A program made the translations under genes and the position numbers. 55,562 nucleotides of DNA from Chara braunii (taxonomy: Eukaryota > Plantae > Charophyceae), in contig BFEA01000042.1 of assembly GCA_003427395.1 (NCBI GenBank), positions 899,328-954,889 on the forward strand, given 5' to 3'. The notes under the pieces are model-generated. The model made no database searches and was not told the DNA's origin. It worked only from the letters and a program-made list of their open reading frames with translations. Positions 10,899 to 23,200 of the stretch are shown here, one piece after another; position 1 is the first letter of the stretch, and each line of letters starts with the position of its first letter.

Positions 10899-13800
10899 TG
10901 CCGGCAACGCTTCCCGTAGGAAAAGTGTCATCGCAGAGCTTATACTAACCCAAAAGTAAAACCTTTGGATTCCAAAAGTCAATACTTGTCTAACTCCCTG
11001 GTTTAGCAAAAAATTGGGCACCACTTCCTTTAGAGAGGAAGACTTCCCAGATTTATACCAAGTCAGATAAAAAGTGTTAGTCCAAAGACATAATTTCAAC
11101 CAACTTCTTAGATTTGTAGAAATTTCGGCAGCGCTTCCCGTAGAGAAAGTGCTAGTCCAAGACTTATACCAAGCTAAGTTTAGAATCTGAAATGACTTTG
11201 ATCCTTCAAGGCCCAATTTTGTCTAACTCCCTGAATTTGTAAAAAAAAATAGGGCAACACTTCCTTTAGAAAAGGAGGCCTCCCAGATTCTTACTAAGTC
11301 AAAAAGCCACCAAGACTGAATTCTGAAGAAGACAAAGTTTTGACTAACTTCTTGATTTTGTAGAAATTTCGGCAACGCTTCCCGTAGAGAAAGTGGCTTA
11401 CCAAGATTTATACAAGACCAAGTATAACAAAAGAACCCAGAAAATGCAAAAATCGATCTAAGAAAAAAACTTAGCACAGAAAACGCAGGAATTGACGCTA
11501 ACTCCTATGGCTCTAGCACGTGGCGAGCAACTACAGCAACTACCTATCAAATTGAAACTCAGACTAAGTAGTGGCATCACCCAGTCATATGCAGGTCAAA
11601 CCACAAAGGTAAGTACTCTCACCATCCCCAAGTTAGCTTAGCAAACAATAGTTCATAGTCTTTCAATGATTTACCCCTTATACCCAGCTTACATAGGGCA
11701 TAAGGCTAGACCACCCAAACTTATGGAACATGTCTAGCCTAGCCATGAAGTATACACAAACACAGGGCACAACAACTTTTCTCTTCTTTGGGCATATGAC
11801 CAGACCACCCTGGTCGCCCTGAACTATTTAAGTATCCAAAATTTATATAATTGTCTACACTTAGTCTTTTGAGGTAGTATATAACTAAACCGATCATCTT
11901 CAGCTCAAGACTCAGTCTGCCCCTTCGTACCACAAGTTTATTCTGAGTTAATACTCTCTTCAGTTGGTGATAAGCTATAGTCAGACCACCCAAACTTATG
12001 GAACCCTGTCTGACTAGCCTGTTCATATATAGTATAATAGTAAAGTATAACAAAGTTATAACCTTCTGGTTCCAGCATGTGCGAGGCATTGGACCAAGAC
12101 CACCCAAACTTATGGAACATGTCTGGTTCTCTAGTCAATACAAAATAAAACACCGCACTGAGCCTTCCCAAACTTATGAAACTGGCCCAGCCTTTGGTTG
12201 ACCCAGTCAAACTTAATGCAGTACAGTGTTTTTCCCACCCTTCCCCTATATGCAATCCCACAATTTGCTTTCAGTCAAGAAATAAATTTGAAACTAACAT
12301 TATACATGCATTCCTTTACTTAGTCTGGTTAGGTCCTGAAGAAAAAACAAAAGTCATAGGGACATGCATGCATACATCAATCAAGCTACGGGGGGATATG
12401 CAAACAAGGGTATAGTGGGTTGTACAGATAGAGATGGTTTACCTGATGGTTCCCTGCCTCCAGAACCTCGCCTAGGTTCCGACAGAGCTCCTGCAATCGG
12501 TGGGATGACTCCCCACAGAGTCTTGATGCGGTCCTACGAGTTGCAATCCCGCCTGCCGCCTTCCTCTCGTAACCAATAGACCAGACTTAGAGTGAGAAAG
12601 GCAGATAGAGAAGGTATTGAGACTCTCAGATCCAAGGAGGGTGCGCTCAAACTCGCGAGAGAGGGCCTTGTTGTTTTCAATCGCCTGAGGGCCCCGCAAT
12701 GGCGGCCAACTGACAGCTTGGTCAACGAAGTCGAACTGCCGCAGTAACCCCTCCTGACGATCTCCTACTCGTAGCACCAAGCTCCCTCCCCAAGTCCAAC
12801 TACTCCTCTAAGCCCAACTGCAGCTGCCCAACACCCTGTATCCGCCCTTATGTGCCACAACAGTAGTTGTAGCTAGCCGCAGCAGCAGTCCGTACATAGA
12901 GCCAACGCGCAGCCCGCCTGTAATCGACAGCAACAGTTGGTACGCAGTCCACCTCAACAGCAGCTGCCAGCAGCAGCAGCCGTAGTCTGCGCAACGTCTA
13001 TCAGCCCTGCAGCAGCATGCCGCGATCAATAGTGTCCAGTATGCAGTAGTGGATTGTGTACAATACACAGCAGTAGACCCTCCCTAGTAGCAATCGCAGT
13101 CATCGGCAGCAGCATACCGTCCCCTGCAGCAGCAGTAGTCACGCCAATAGGCAGTAATTCGTACGCGGTACAGAGCGGCGGCCAAAAGCAATGGTAGCAG
13201 CCAACAACAGCCACAACCTGCACACAGTCCACAAACGCAACAGGAGTCAACTGCAGCCGTTTGCCCCCGCCTGCAACACCCAACAATTCGTGGCGATATG
13301 GCGCAGTGCGCAGTAGTCAGTAGGTAAATCCCATCCGTTCAATGGGCTGGGCACTACAGCCGGTGTGAGTCCGCCTTCCGGCTCCGCTGCCCCTTCCCCT
13401 GCTCCTTTGCTCAACAGGCCGCGCAACTCGTCGGCTGACATAACTCATAATTTCGTGGTTGGTTATGCTCAGCTCCAACAACTGATAGTTGGACTGCTCA
13501 CTCGCCAGCAAATGACCAGCTCCCTCGCACTCGTCACTCATGACCAGTGCTCAGTGCAGGTAAGTATGTTCTTTCTATACCTATCACCCCTCTTACTCGT
13601 GTATTCCGGCCGCTGGGCAGGCCGCAGACGAGCACAACGAGGAGGAATCTCCCGTAGGAGCGCGGCGTGATAGCCTGTTGCAGTTCGCCTCGATCTCTTA
13701 TGCACTCCAGAACGTGGTTCGCCCTTTGATCCCTTTGACAGCTTTGGTGTTCAATTGTTCTCACATCGGGGTGAAAACTCTCCCTCTTACTCTGTTCACT

Positions 13801-15540
13801 CCGCCCCTTACTATTTTATACATCAAAAGGATCGGGTCAAAATCCCGGCCAGATCCTCACAACTTTTGCGTCTCCATGCTGGCGAATAGGCAACATCTCC
13901 TCACACTTCCCCTCCTCTCAAACACTCAGAGAGAAAAATAGTAGCAACTCTCAACACTATGCGGAATCACCACGATAGGAATCTTCCACCACAATACTAA
14001 AAGATACACTAACACTCCAATAGTTTCGTCCTCCCGGGCGCAACTTCACTCCTTCATAGTATATACACAACAACTCCCCTCCTAGATCTTGTTCCACCAT
14101 CTAATTCGCAATACTCTAAACCTTATGCGGTGTTCATTGTTTCACTTGACTTCGTCGCGAATCAGATGAGTCCCCAGCTACTAATCCTCTCTACCCTTTC
14201 TCACCGCGCAGCCCCTACCTTATGTTTCCACTAGCTCGCTGCCCTATAGCCGAATCTAACTCCACTATCACCTTCGCCCAACCCAAAATCTCAAGACCGA
14301 GCCTGCTCTTGCCCGATCTCGTTCGGGAATGGGAGGGATACGTACCCTTTCTACCTTCGCCCATCTCGCTTTACCGTCTCCTCGCTTCTAAGGTACCTGG
14401 CGCCAGTTTGGGCCATATTCATCTTCTCCTGCATACCGCGCAACTCACCTTTTTACTACCCTCTAATCCATTAATCTAAACTCCAAACTAAGCTTATCAT
14501 CGCACTCGCCCATGACTGAACCTCTAGAATGACCCTTCCCTCACCCCATTCCGTAGAAAAAGAGAGCAAGATACTCGTCTTCTGTTTCTTCCTAAACTCG
14601 CGTCCGAGAACCACCGCGCAGTCTCCTCTCTACTAACCTCCTGTTTCGCTACTCTAACTCCCAATCTACTCCCACCAGTAGATTCGCCCAACCTTATAAC
14701 CTCTGACTCGCATCTACCCTTGTCCAAAGCTATGGACTATCTCGCGCGCCCTCCTGCACAGTGTGTACTGCCTCAAGTAGCACGTCCATTGACCCCTCTG
14801 TCGAACCCTGGACTGGCTGGCCACTGGCTGTCGGTAGTCCCTCCTCAACCGAGGGTGACATGGTAGGACCTGCTGTTACCGTGGGCAGAACAGCAAGTTC
14901 CGTAGGGGCTATGAACTCGAAGGCTTCCCTCTCTGCTTCCCTCTTGGCCTTAGCCTCCTCCGACTCCAAAATGACCCTCCCCATTGGTGCTTCTTGCTGA
15001 GGTTCAGCCGCGGGTGGTTGTTCTGGTACGCCACTTCCTGGCTGCCTCTGCTCTCCCTGCCTGCTGCTCTCTGCCCCATCCATGCGGCCTCGACACTGCT
15101 GCCTCAAATCCTGAATAATGGCGGCATGACCAGCCACCAAAGCCCTGAGTTCGTGAACTTCCGCCTCGACGGCCTCTAACCGTACCCCAAGGCTCGCCTC
15201 CCTCTACTTAGGCGCCTGCAGTTACTAGGCATCCTCACTAGCTTGCCCACTTTGCGCGGTGGCCTCCTCGCACCCCACACCGTACGTAGGGCCACCAACG
15301 ATCACTTGTCCCAAACAAGAACACCTTTTACTCCTAATACAAAAATCAGGCCGGCCGTTTTAATCACCCGCGCGCCTTAATCTCGCGCGCCCACACCCGC
15401 TGTACTCTGATCCAGCATCCTATTAGTGCCACCCAACAACCTGAGCCGCGACTCGCGCGGTACCTTTAGTTTTCCAAACTTTCTTCCTGTCGCTTGCAAA
15501 AACTCGGGTGGATACCCTTGTCAGGGTATTCGCACCGACA
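10899..15540. mobile_element. LTR-retrotransposon-like insert without recognisable pol
   Basis: Termini TGCCGG (10899) and CCGACA (15540) form TG..CA short inverted ends that coincide with the loss of PLE-like coding sequence on both sides. Internal repeats ggca.cgcttcccgtag (x3) and ccacccaaacttatggaac (x3). Degenerate minus-strand ORF fragments. No TSD seen. Confidence 0.45.
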
Positions 15541-16653
15541 ACGTCTTCATCCAAACAAATCTGCTTGAGCTCGTCGACCGTCATATCGGCTAATAGAAGC
15601 ATGTTCTCTCGGATATATTTCACTTTCCGCTCTGATCCGATCTTTGCCGGAACTTTCTTCCGCTGGGTGCCCGTCCTTGGTGTTATATGTCTCAGTGTCT
15701 TCCTAGTCGTCATCTTCGGCGTTGTTTTCCCGCCACTGTGCCTGAGTCTCTCGGCTAACTTTACAGGGATTCCCGCTCGCCTAGGGGTTCTCTTCGCCGG
15801 TGTCATCATCGGCGGGCTATCCCCCACAGTCTTCTCGGCACTTCGCTTCCTTTTCTCTTGTTTCTCCGTAATCTTTAAGGCCTCCGTTCTATCGCTGATC
15901 TCCTCGATGTCGCTGTCGCCCCATCCTCCGAGGCTCCTGACTCATCATCAGATGCGATGGTGTGATCCGGTGTCTTCATCTTGGCATTCCCTTTTCCCAC
16001 TCTCTCCTTCACCACTTTCTTGACTTTCCTATCTACACTGTCGATACGCTTTCGATACCTCCCATCCTTATAGATAGCTCCATCGCCATATCCTTGCGCA
16101 TCAAAGCTCATTTTTCTTCTTCTCGTCGTTGCTTAGCCTTCTTTTTCTTCGCTCGTCTTTCGGCTTCCTCTTTTTCTTCAGCCTCCCGTCTCGCCTTCTC
16201 TTCTCTTTCAGACTTCCGTCTTTCCTTCTCCTCTTTTACTTCCTTTTGCTTGTCGACGAATTCGTGCATCGAGCTCAAAGAGCTTTCGAGATCCTCCAGT
16301 TGCTTGCGCAGGTCGGGTTCTTCAGAGGCCGTTCGCCTCATATTGCCACGTGTGCTGCGCCCCGGTGATAGCGAGCGACCCCTTGGTCCCGTGTATGTGT
16401 TGGAACCTCCTTCGCCCACCAGCCTCGGGCATTGATTCTTGTAATGCCCTGGTTCATTACAATTGAAGCAGACAGGAACATTCCTCCTGGGATAATCCCC
16501 TCGAGGATAACCTCGATCATAGTTCCCGCAGCTCGACTCTCCGTACCTCCCTCTTGCGTCCTCTCTTCCACCATCTCTTCCGCTCTCTCTATTATTGCCT
16601 TCCCTTCCAAAATCTTTGCCGCCATTGCGTCCACTCTCACGATCTTTTGCAAT
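15541..16653 (-). mobile_element. Gag-like ORF1 relic (CCHC knuckle, coiled coil, SAP-like helix), probably belonging to the Penelope-like element
   Basis: Reading upstream in the frame of ORF 16419-16108 gives an RG/D-rich N-terminus and CFNCNEPGHYKNQCP (~16470-16426). An E/K/R coiled coil follows, then GDSPPMMTPAKRTP and LADMTVDELKQIC, cut at 15541. Stops and frameshifts are present. Confidence 0.7.
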
Positions 16654-16850
16654 TGGGCTTAGGAGAAGTTGGCAAGCACCAGGGCATTTTGAAAAGTTGG
16701 ACGGTAGCCGGTAGGGTTATACAACAAAGACGGGGGTGCAACTGACGCCAGGGATATTTCACAAATATTGTTTTTGTCAGAGGGGCATTCCGCTCTACCC
16801 ATATCTTTCAGAGGAATTCTAGCATGTCTCAACTTGGGGGGGAATTTTGC

Positions 16851-17781
16851 TAGGCTACCAGAGTGGCGCGGGACCACTTGCCCGGCCGGGCCAAAACAAA
16901 TTCAGAAAATAAAAATAAAAAGGATTAGTCTTGTGGAGAAAAGGTTAACCGACCCCCCATTTTTCACCTCAATTTATAAGAAAACCATAAGGCTATCCCA
17001 AGCAAACTTCACACCAATCTATAGAGTGCACTTCTTACTAACATAAAAATATTCCAAAAAAACACAAAATTTGACCCCGAAACCCTAATTTCAAGATCAT
17101 TCATTGTTACCCAGGGCCGAAAAGTGGGGGTCCCCGTTAACCACTTGTGACTTTGTATTTTATTTGCAATTTGGTGAAACATTTTTATGTGACCCTGAGC
17201 CAAACATTGTTCAATTCACTTTTCTACATAACATAGGTTTTCTTTTCAGATTTTTTGGATTTTTTTTTTTTTTTGGGGGGGGTGGGGTGGGACCCTCTTT
17301 GGTCCTTGCACTGTCGGGCCGTCCGGGCGGACCGGCTGGTAACATAGGTATTTTGCAAATTATCCTTTTTTTAAAATAAAAAGATTAGTTTTGAATTTAT
17401 ATTAAATTTGCAATTTAGTGAAGCTTTTTGATGTGACCTTGAGGCAAACGTTGTTCAGTTTACTTTTCGACATAACATCTAGGCTACCAGAGTGGCCCGG
17501 GTCCACTTGCCCGGCCGGGCCAAAAAGAAATACAAAATTAAAAAGATAAAAATTATTTTTTATTTTAAAATTTTATTTTTAATTTGGTAAAGAATTTCGA
17601 TGTGACCCTGAGGCAAACGTTGTTCAGTTTATTTTTTTTGCATAACATAGTTTTTTTTCGGAGTTTTTGGATTCTTGTTTTTTTTTTTTTTTGGCTGGGA
17701 CCTTTTTGACCCTCTTTGGCCCTTGCACGGTTGGGCCGCCCGGGCAAACCAGGTGACCCGAGAGGCTCGGCTACTAGCCTA
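16851..17781. mobile_element. Two tandem hAT-like non-autonomous units (16851-17346 and 17480-17781)
   Basis: Both start TAGGCTACCAGAGTGGC.CGGG.CCACTTGCCCGGCCGGGCC and end ctggtaacata or ctactagccta. The AT-rich interior (tgaggcaaacgttgttcagttta) resembles 6440-6470, and a related end fragment lies at ~989-1032. Confidence 0.6.
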
Positions 17782-18899
17782 GGTATTTTGCAAATTATCT
17801 TTTTTTTTTAGCCTTTTGGTTTTTCGAAGAAGAGGCGAGAGAGTGAAGCTTCTGCTTTTCTTTTGGAGGATATGATTCAGTGTTGTTTTACTTTCTGTAC
17901 AAACCCGGTTCGAAGTTGGGGCATCGTTAGACCCTCATAAGCACGTCCTTGAAGTCTAAGGATGAGTCCTAAGAAAATAAATTTATGATTTCGTGGTTGT
18001 TTAGGATGAGTCATAAATTTCTTCCAACGGGAAACTCTATGAAAATATGGAGTCACAAGTCGGATGCTCGTCGTGGGGTTGGGATGTCCGCGCATGAGAA
18101 GGGGTGGTACAACGGTGCAGGGCACGTTTAGGTCGAATCGAGGAGGACGAGGACGTGGAAGGATGTAGGGAGGCCTCCGATGGCCTAGACCTTAGAATCA
18201 TGTAGCAGTGACAGCGTCCGACAACACAGGTGAATGGGTCTGCATGTGCAACGTCCATGAGTATGTGCATCCAAGTGCAGGGTGCGACGGAAGGCTCTTC
18301 AACGCACGACGAGGTGGCAACGCACGTGGATGCGGGAGGAAAGGAACACACTTCCTGAGGTGTGCAGTAGGCAATGTCCTCTTTGTGCCCCACATCTGCG
18401 CTGCTCACACACACCCATGTCTCTTGCTGCTTTCACATATGGCGGGGTAGCAGCATGCAGACGAACCACGCAAAACGGGGAAGAATTATCAGCAATGCAG
18501 GGCACTGCTCTTCTCACACACTTCGGCGGGAGGTTGGTGGGCATGATAGTGGAAGATTCGCACTGTGCCACGAAAGAGGAGCGGTTATCTACTCGTTGTC
18601 GTGTGTTGTGTATGACAGTCATGGAAGGTGCCGATTAGAGAGGGCGAACTATGTTGTCGTCAGTGGAGAGGAGCATTGTCATAGTTGCAGTGATGACAGT
18701 CGTTCTCAACAAACGGCGAGAAAGGACGTTTGTGCAGTTAAAGGCAAGGTTTGTCACCGCATAGGTAAATTGTTCTTATTCAACGGCTTATGGATGCCCC
18801 AGACTCCGTGGCAATTCCTAAGGCCATTATTCAATTGTGTTCGGCGATGGCGTATGGTGTATTCCAATGTGCCACACCATGTTGCTGGATCAAGAGGAC

Positions 18900-19310
18900 A
18901 ATTGGATGAACGTAAGATGATCTCCACGTTTGCAACGACGCCACAGACGATTACTTCTTAAATAAGATTTGAATATCGCGAAGACTGTTCAGGGAGATTG
19001 TGGAGGCATGCGCCCTTCATCTAGAGTGGAAGATGACATTCTACATCTGAACATATCGTTGTATATGCGCTTTATCATTGGGCCACCAAAGAAACTTATG
19101 AGAGAAACAAAACTTCTTTTGGCGTAGGTAGAGCATCAGAGCTCATCAAATTATTAGCAACATCACCGTGACGTTGTTAAAGGCATAATTGAACGTGATC
19201 TCGTGGCCTCGGCATGTGCAAACGACTTGTGGTCCTGCAAGTTTTCAAGGAAAAAGGTTTCCCCAACTTCAATGGAGTCGTCCATTGCACACACATCTGC
19301 GTCGACAAGC
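18900..19310 (+). pseudogene. PIF/Harbinger transposase (DDE_Tnp_4) relic
   Basis: Frameshifted translation DDYF..ISRRLFREIVEACA..HIVVYALYHWATKETYE..FGVGRAS..ISWP..FKEKGFPNFNGVVHCTHICVDK resembles the Harbinger HTH region and the GFPNC.G.IDCTH motif, with the catalytic D lost. An assembly gap begins shortly downstream (19377). Confidence 0.75.
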
Positions 19311-19376
19311 GCACACAAAGTCGGATCGAGATTTGAAGAAGGTTTCGACGATGGGAAGGCGGAAGGGAAAAGTCAG

Positions 19377-20091
19377 NNNNNNNNNNNNNNNNNNNNNNNN
19401 NNNNNNNNNNNNNNNNNNNNNNNNNNNNNNNNNNNNNNNNNNNNNNNNNNNNNNNNNNNNNNNNNNNNNNNNNNNNNNNNNNNNNNNNNNNNNNNNNNNN
19501 NNNNNNNNNNNNNNNNNNNNNNNNNNNNNNNNNNNNNNNNNNNNNNNNNNNNNNNNNNNNNNNNNNNNNNNNNNNNNNNNNNNNNNNNNNNNNNNNNNNN
19601 NNNNNNNNNNNNNNNNNNNNNNNNNNNNNNNNNNNNNNNNNNNNNNNNNNNNNNNNNNNNNNNNNNNNNNNNNNNNNNNNNNNNNNNNNNNNNNNNNNNN
19701 NNNNNNNNNNNNNNNNNNNNNNNNNNNNNNNNNNNNNNNNNNNNNNNNNNNNNNNNNNNNNNNNNNNNNNNNNNNNNNNNNNNNNNNNNNNNNNNNNNNN
19801 NNNNNNNNNNNNNNNNNNNNNNNNNNNNNNNNNNNNNNNNNNNNNNNNNNNNNNNNNNNNNNNNNNNNNNNNNNNNNNNNNNNNNNNNNNNNNNNNNNNN
19901 NNNNNNNNNNNNNNNNNNNNNNNNNNNNNNNNNNNNNNNNNNNNNNNNNNNNNNNNNNNNNNNNNNNNNNNNNNNNNNNNNNNNNNNNNNNNNNNNNNNN
20001 NNNNNNNNNNNNNNNNNNNNNNNNNNNNNNNNNNNNNNNNNNNNNNNNNNNNNNNNNNNNNNNNNNNNNNNNNNNNNNNNNNNNNNNNNNN
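19377..20091. other. Assembly gap (N) followed by (GA)n
   Basis: N run. Other gaps are at 6537-6562 and 43600-43630. Confidence 1.
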
Positions 20092-20165
<74 letters not shown>

Positions 20166-22489
20166 GATTTGGGTATAGGCCTCGACTTTGGTCTGGACCC
20201 AAGTGTTAGGGCCTGCGTCAGGCCTAGGGTTTGGTCCTTCGTTGGAGCACCTACGTCTGACTCAGACTCTTGGGTTTGACCCCTTGGGAGTGGGATCTTG
20301 GTTTGGGTCTTCAGCCCTTGGGTCTGGGTCCTTTTCCCTCGACCTGCCCCTTGAGTCCAGACGTTATGCCTTGGGTTTCGGTCTTGGGTTCAAAATCTAG
20401 GTCATGGATCTTTACATCTGACTTGAAAGTCTCGTTTGTAAGAGAGAGAAAGAGAGAGATAAAACTTCGTTACGCCATCTAATATGTGATTCTAACATAT
20501 GTTGTTCGGTTTCTTCTTTAGCTCTTGCCTTCCCGAAACGGTTCCGAGATGCATGCCCTACATTATAACTAGCATGACAATATTATTCAGACGCCTCTAT
20601 GATGAACATCAATTGCCAAGCATATTGGATGTTGATTAGTTCATTAATATACTATAGTATCTATTTAACCATCGATAGTGCCATTATAGACTTATACTCA
20701 CGTACAAACATGCATTTTCACACACAAAAAGTAAAAAATCGATGAATAAGCATATGGCAGACAAATAAGATCGGTTGGTTACAAACATATTTATATAACA
20801 CAACAAACAAACTCAGAATCGACACTTTTAGCAAAACAATCAACAAGACAATGAAAAAAAGTTCAAAAAGTTATGAGTTTTCGATCTGCTACTACTTTGT
20901 GGGTTATTTATTACACACAACACAAAACAAAAACGATGTTGAGAAAGGAACATCTTTCAAACTAAAACACTCACAATACAAGAAAAATAAAGGTTCGATG
21001 GTATTCCCCTTGTTTTTTTGTAAGCGAACCTTATATCTACTCTCATGTTATTACTTTTTTGTGAAAGAAACCACAAATGACAGGATAGTTCCTTATGTTT
21101 TTTTTTTTTTTCTTACTTTTTCTTTTTCTGTTTTGTGGGCAAACAAACTCAGAATCATAATCTTTAGTAAAATTATCAACAATGAACAGTATTTTCTCAA
21201 AATTTATGGACATTAAAGGATGCTAAGCAAAATGATCATTGTTAAAAAAAAAACGAATGAGGGAATTAATTGAATTATTTGGGTTGTAATTTAGTGTTTA
21301 AAAATAAATGAATAATAAAACCAAAAGTGATTTAAAAAATAGTACTTTGTATACCGCACAATCAAAGTTGTCACTCACTGTGAAAATCAGAAGAACAACA
21401 TAACAATGATCTAGGATCACTTGTATCACATCAATGGTGTTACTACTACTTTTGACAAATCGTTTGATAAGAAACTTAAACAGAAAATAATTTCCCTTAA
21501 AAATAGTTGTAAATGGCTAAATAAGTTTGGTTTGGAGAAGTGACAAAAAAAAGGGGAAAGGTGGAAAGGTAAACAAATAACAAGATTGCAGAGGTAAATA
21601 ATATAGAGTCATAGGAGAAGAGAGCAACAAAAGGGGAAAGGTGGAAAGATAAACAAATAACAAGATTGCAGAGGAAGATAGGAGGTTTGAAAAGTTGGGT
21701 AGTAAAAGGAAGGATTAAAAATTTATAGGAAACATGAAATAGTAACAAAAGAAAAGACTGACTAATAACACTTATGATTGACATCCTGTAAAATATCGGT
21801 CAAATGAACGAGATCAATAACGGATCGAAATCGTTCAAGTTGTTGCTCCATGCTCTAGCTGTAAATGTTCGAGATGAAATATCAAACATAAGTGATAAAC
21901 CAAAATCGTAAAAACAAAACCGCAAACTGAAAGAAAGACGAAAGGTTTGCAAAAGGAATGATACAAAAGAATGTGGAATATGGAGATCTATCTCTCAGTT
22001 TAGGATCCGAGCGAGAAATGATTGCTAAGAAGAGAGGATGCTGAAAAAGTTGGATAATAAAAACAAAGATATAAAATTGATAGAAAACATCAAATAATAA
22101 GGGGGGGAAAAAAAACAATTAGCGATACTTTTGATTGACATCCCGTGTAACAACGTTGGGATGGAAAGAACGAACAAGGAGTGTCATCATTACCATGGAC
22201 AAAAAACCGTTGAAGTTACTGTCTTTGTAAATGTTTGGCATGAAAGGTCGAATAAAGTTGAAGAGAGGAGGTTGAAAAAGTAGGATAACAAAATGAAGGA
22301 TCAAAAATTACTAGGAAACATGGGATAATAAAAAATGAAAAGACCGGCTAGTGACACTTTTGATTGACATCTTGTAAAAATACGGCAGGATGAAGGGTAT
22401 TAACAATGAGGGTCGTTATGACGCTTGTGCAACGCCACGATCAAAGTGAGAAAAATGCATTGTTCATAACAAGTTTGTAATATTGATGT

Positions 22490-23200
22490 GTGCAAGTATG
22501 ATGTATTCTTAGGACTGCCTTGACATGTTCCAACTCGTGTGATGGTGCATTTTGATATATACTACAATTAATGTCGACTAAAATAGAAAAAAAACTTATG
22601 ACTCTTCCCTTATGATTCATATTTCACAAGTTACTACACATAAAAATAAAAATAAAAACTGATGAAAATCCTTCATTTGTTAAGATGGTTATAATTAAGT
22701 ATCTCCTTGGAGATAACAATCCGGTAAGGGGTCAAGAAACCAACCACCCTTAGACAACTACTTTTGGAAAGTCTCCTGAATGTTTTCCATAAGATACCAC
22801 GAATATCTGAAAGTCCACTCCAGTACCCAAGTCCTCTCCATGACTACTGAACAATTGGCATAACTCTCAATAATTGCTCCCATACGATTTTCAAAAAAAT
22901 CCAAATCGAAAATGATGATAAATGGACGTATGATGCATTGTTAGGACGACCCTAACACACTTTGGTTGGAGATATGGCGCATTTTGATATAGTACAATTT
23001 TTTTTTGGCAAACAATCAAATCTGCATAGCATTGTTTTTTATCCCCTCTCTATAGCAAATTTTCATTCTTTCACTTTTGACAAAGTTGTTAAAATGATAT
23101 CCTAAATCAGCCTTGTTTGTGTCAAGGGACATTGGACCCACTTTCCAACAAGTGTTGCTCCCTACAACCTGCAATCAGGAGGACCTACTGCAATAGGTTG
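22490..23200 (+). pseudogene. Possible very degenerate Ty3/gypsy pol remnant
   Basis: Only DVFLGLP* (similar to the retropepsin D.ILG.PW motif) at ~22500 and faint downstream similarity. Confidence 0.2.

Noticed and set aside
10900-12190. Regularly recurring short motifs as a CRISPR-like array
   Set aside because: Spacing is irregular, the intervening sequence is itself repetitive, the context is eukaryotic and there are no cas genes.
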